Below are positions 61,120 through 64,000 of a stretch of DNA of 64,000 nt, piece by piece (the first letter of the stretch is position 1; each line of letters opens with the position of its first letter). The position numbers and the translations under genes were made by a program. The stretch lies in NCBI GenBank assembly GCA_043228905.1, contig JBHGNT010000014.1, positions 2,108,001-2,172,000 on the forward strand, given 5' to 3'. The stretch comes from Azolla caroliniana (Eukaryota > Plantae > Polypodiophyta). Under the pieces are notes generated by a model. That model was not told where the DNA came from. It did no database searches and saw only the letters and a list, made by a program, of their open reading frames with translations.

Positions 61120-62070
61120 CGTCTTTGGAATTGGATTTGGACACGAGCCGATCAACTTCCCGTTTAGTTAGCCGATTAGGTTCCATATGGCAATTAGGGG
61201 CAAAGCTGGCTCGAAGGTGCTATAACAAGTGGAGGGACAGAGCCAACTGGTCTTCCCGAATATTGCTTAGCCGGATTGAGCACAGTTATTTGTCAATCCA
61301 ATTCCAAATGCCGATTTCAAGGGCCGATTACAGATTATGTGTTGTTTGTAATGTTGATCTTGCTCCAAGTGACTATAGTGAATGAGGGGACAACACTGAC
61401 TGGTTTACATGAGGTTTTCTTAGTCGGATGGAGCATCGATGAGGCCGATTTGCTCAAGATCCCACTCTGAGCGACTACAACCACCAAGAAGAGCACACAA
61501 TCGTTTGGCCTACTTGAGCTGTGGTTTAATTAAGTGGAGTGTGGGTTTTTCAGGTGTTTCTTCTCAAGAAGAATGATCTTGTAGAGATTATCAGCCAGAA
61601 GATTTCAGTTTGACTAATAATCTCAGTCTTCCAACAAACAAATCAACAGAAAGATATTTGGGGTGTAGTGGAGAAGTGTTGATGAAGGCACGAAGGCAGA
61701 CGCCCACATAATCAAAGAACCTCGTGCTCTGATACCAGATGTTGGAAGCAAGCCGTCATATGCAGAACAAGATCAACTCTTATCAAGCGAGGAACTTCTG
61801 AGTGATGTAGATAAGATGAACAAAGCAAGAGAATAGATTGTATAACAACATATGCAACTTCTTCAAAGACAAGATCAAGAGGTCAAATAGAGAGGAGACA
61901 CACAAATAGGCATAAATCAATGTAACGGTCTTATTACTCTCTCAAAGTTACAATGGCACAGTACATCAACAACGACACCTTAAACTTGGTTACAAAGCCA
62001 GTTAGTTATATACTAACTGACTTAGGGCAACAACCCTTTCTAGTATTTACATAAATAGCCTAAACCTAGT
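61120..62070 (-). mobile_element. 5' end of another LTR element (LTR end, Met-i PBS, leader)
   Basis: gctctgatacca at 61726-61737, followed by an LTR terminus tgttgg at 61740. Confidence 0.65.
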
Positions 62071-62079
62071 GTGTCCATA

Positions 62080-62452
62080 TGTACGTACTTACCTACATAA
62101 CATACATAGATATACATACTTATGTACCTACCTAGATAACATACATACATACATACATAACATATGTACCTACCTACCTACCTACATACATACATACATA
62201 CATACATAGGTACATAGGTACATAGATATACATCCATACGTCCCTACCTACATAACATACATACATAGGTACATAGATATACATACATACGTCCCTACCT
62301 ACATAACATACATACATACATACATAACATATGTACCTACATACATACATACATAACATACGTACCTACCTACCTACATACATACATACATACACATACG
62401 TACGTACCTACATAACATACATACATACACACACGTACGTACATACATACAT
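62080..62452. repeat. Compound (TACA/TACC)n microsatellite
   Basis: Directly visible low-complexity catacataca/cctaccta run. Confidence 0.95.
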
Positions 62453-64000
62453 TCAAGACATGAGATATGGAGTTTAATGGAGCCGAGAAATGTAGAGTTT
62501 CTATAGGGGCCAAAACTCTAGCTATGAGACCAAGGAGCAACCGGTGGTGACCTGCTGTGGCTGGGTAGCACACCGGCCCCAGCCGGTGACCCTTCACGTG
62601 TTCTACGATAAATCTCCCCATCTCCCCACCTTCTCATGGACCGGCAGTAGCCGGTACAATCCGATCCTGATGGGCGATCATATGAGCCAGTTTTGTTTTT
62701 TGTTTTTGTTTTGGATGGGTCTCGACTCTCTCCTTTTCCTCTTCGCCTCTAAAACCGACACAAATTCAGTCAATCTCCTCTGCATCAATTCCATTCAAAT
62801 CAAGCTCCCCAGGCATGTCTTTAGCTCCGCTTCCTTTTCCCTCCGGTTAAAACTATTTGCCAAGAAAAGATAAGGAGCAGAGAAGAAGGAACAACAACAA
62901 CAAAGGAGGTGGAGGTATGGTATGATATGTTAATCTATAAGTAAGAGAGAGAAATAATGATGATGATTTTGGGGGTTTACGGTGATGGATGATGATGGAT
63001 GCTGTATATGTCGATGATGATGGTTATAGTGATGGATGATGCCAGATATTACGATGATGGTATGGTATGGTGATATTGTGGTATGTATGAATTTTCACTG
63101 AGAGAGAGAGAGAGAGAGGTTGATGATGACGATGAAATGATCCATTGGACCAATCCATGCTTATAAAGCACTCTTGTTGGCAGGCTAGGGTTTAGAATGG
63201 TTTAACAAAAAAGAAGATTTAAAAACCTGTTTCTGAATTTAATTTTTCTTGATCTTCTGTGAGTTTGGTTGATACACTTGTGGTTGAGTGGAAGAGCAAA
63301 GATCATACACTAGTGGTCAAGCAAAGGTGATAAATTTGTTTGTGGTTGAATAGACAACCTATGGTATATGTACCATTGGCATCAACAATATTCACCATCT
63401 AACAGGAATTTCATTTCATGGAGCTCGCGCAAATAGCAACATAGACACTTGCTCTAATCCTCCATCTCTGGATTGTACGCAAGCGGCATGTGGTAGCTCA
63501 AATAGAGTAGGTGATAAAAGGGCATAATTGTTTTGACTCATGAGGAGTTTATAAACATATGGTACATGTTCTATTCTCAAAAATGTTCACCATCTTGCTG
63601 GAAAAGTTTCTGTCTGTCGTCAATCTACATCTTTCTTTTGTCGTATGATCAGTTCTGAACTATATCTTAAGTCATGTGATAAATGTGAACTCATGCCTTT
63701 CAATTGTGAAATGACTATCGTAATTGGGCATACTTGAATGGATAACACATATCAACCAAAAGGTAAAAGATCAGTGTAAACGTGTGAGAATGATTTATCA
63801 ATCGTGTGAGTTTAACTTTGATATGATTCCAATTGCATAATGTGATGAGATTCACATACATGGATCCGTTATCATGATACATGGTGCAAAATTTCATGCT
63901 TATATGTTTATTTTTTGTATCCTTGTTCTTTAATAGCCCATCTATGTCTTGTGTTATTGTCGCTAAATAGCTCATCAATGTTTTGCTCAACACTTGTGGT

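Noticed and set aside
62174-62621. ORFs rich in MYVC
   Set aside because: They are translations of the TACA microsatellite.
63340-63999. Degenerate minus-strand coding remnant
   Set aside because: Short frames with stops and no recognisable motif; the window ends before context is available.

Overview
Repeat-dense nuclear DNA of a land plant with a large genome; a fern or other seed-free plant is inferred from the element types, not proven. Most of the window is nested, decayed Ty1/copia and Ty3/gypsy LTR retrotransposons, two LINE fragments and DNA-transposon remnants. One apparently intact host gene is present: a 3-exon F-box + PP2 lectin-domain gene (16943-19056, +), whose exon-2 splice donor and stop-codon region are each tandemly amplified. 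A truncated mitochondrial-type tRNA-Ser(UGA) lies just downstream. The standout is a minus-strand, spliceosomal-intron-containing pseudogene (about 23973-27400) that the ORF track shows only as scraps. Reassembled, it encodes an N-terminal ParB/Srx-like domain fused to a prokaryote/phage-type beta-class amino (N6A/N4C) DNA methyltransferase (DIPY ... NPYQKP ... DLFSGMG). It is preceded by an array of 28-bp palindromes. Other notable items are a Gag-capsid-swapped copia recombinant, an LTR-plus-flank gene-conversion footprint, a tRNA-Trp-primed gypsy element, and a probable DNA transposon carrying a RING-finger gene. All calls come from manual reading and motif recognition; no database searches were run.
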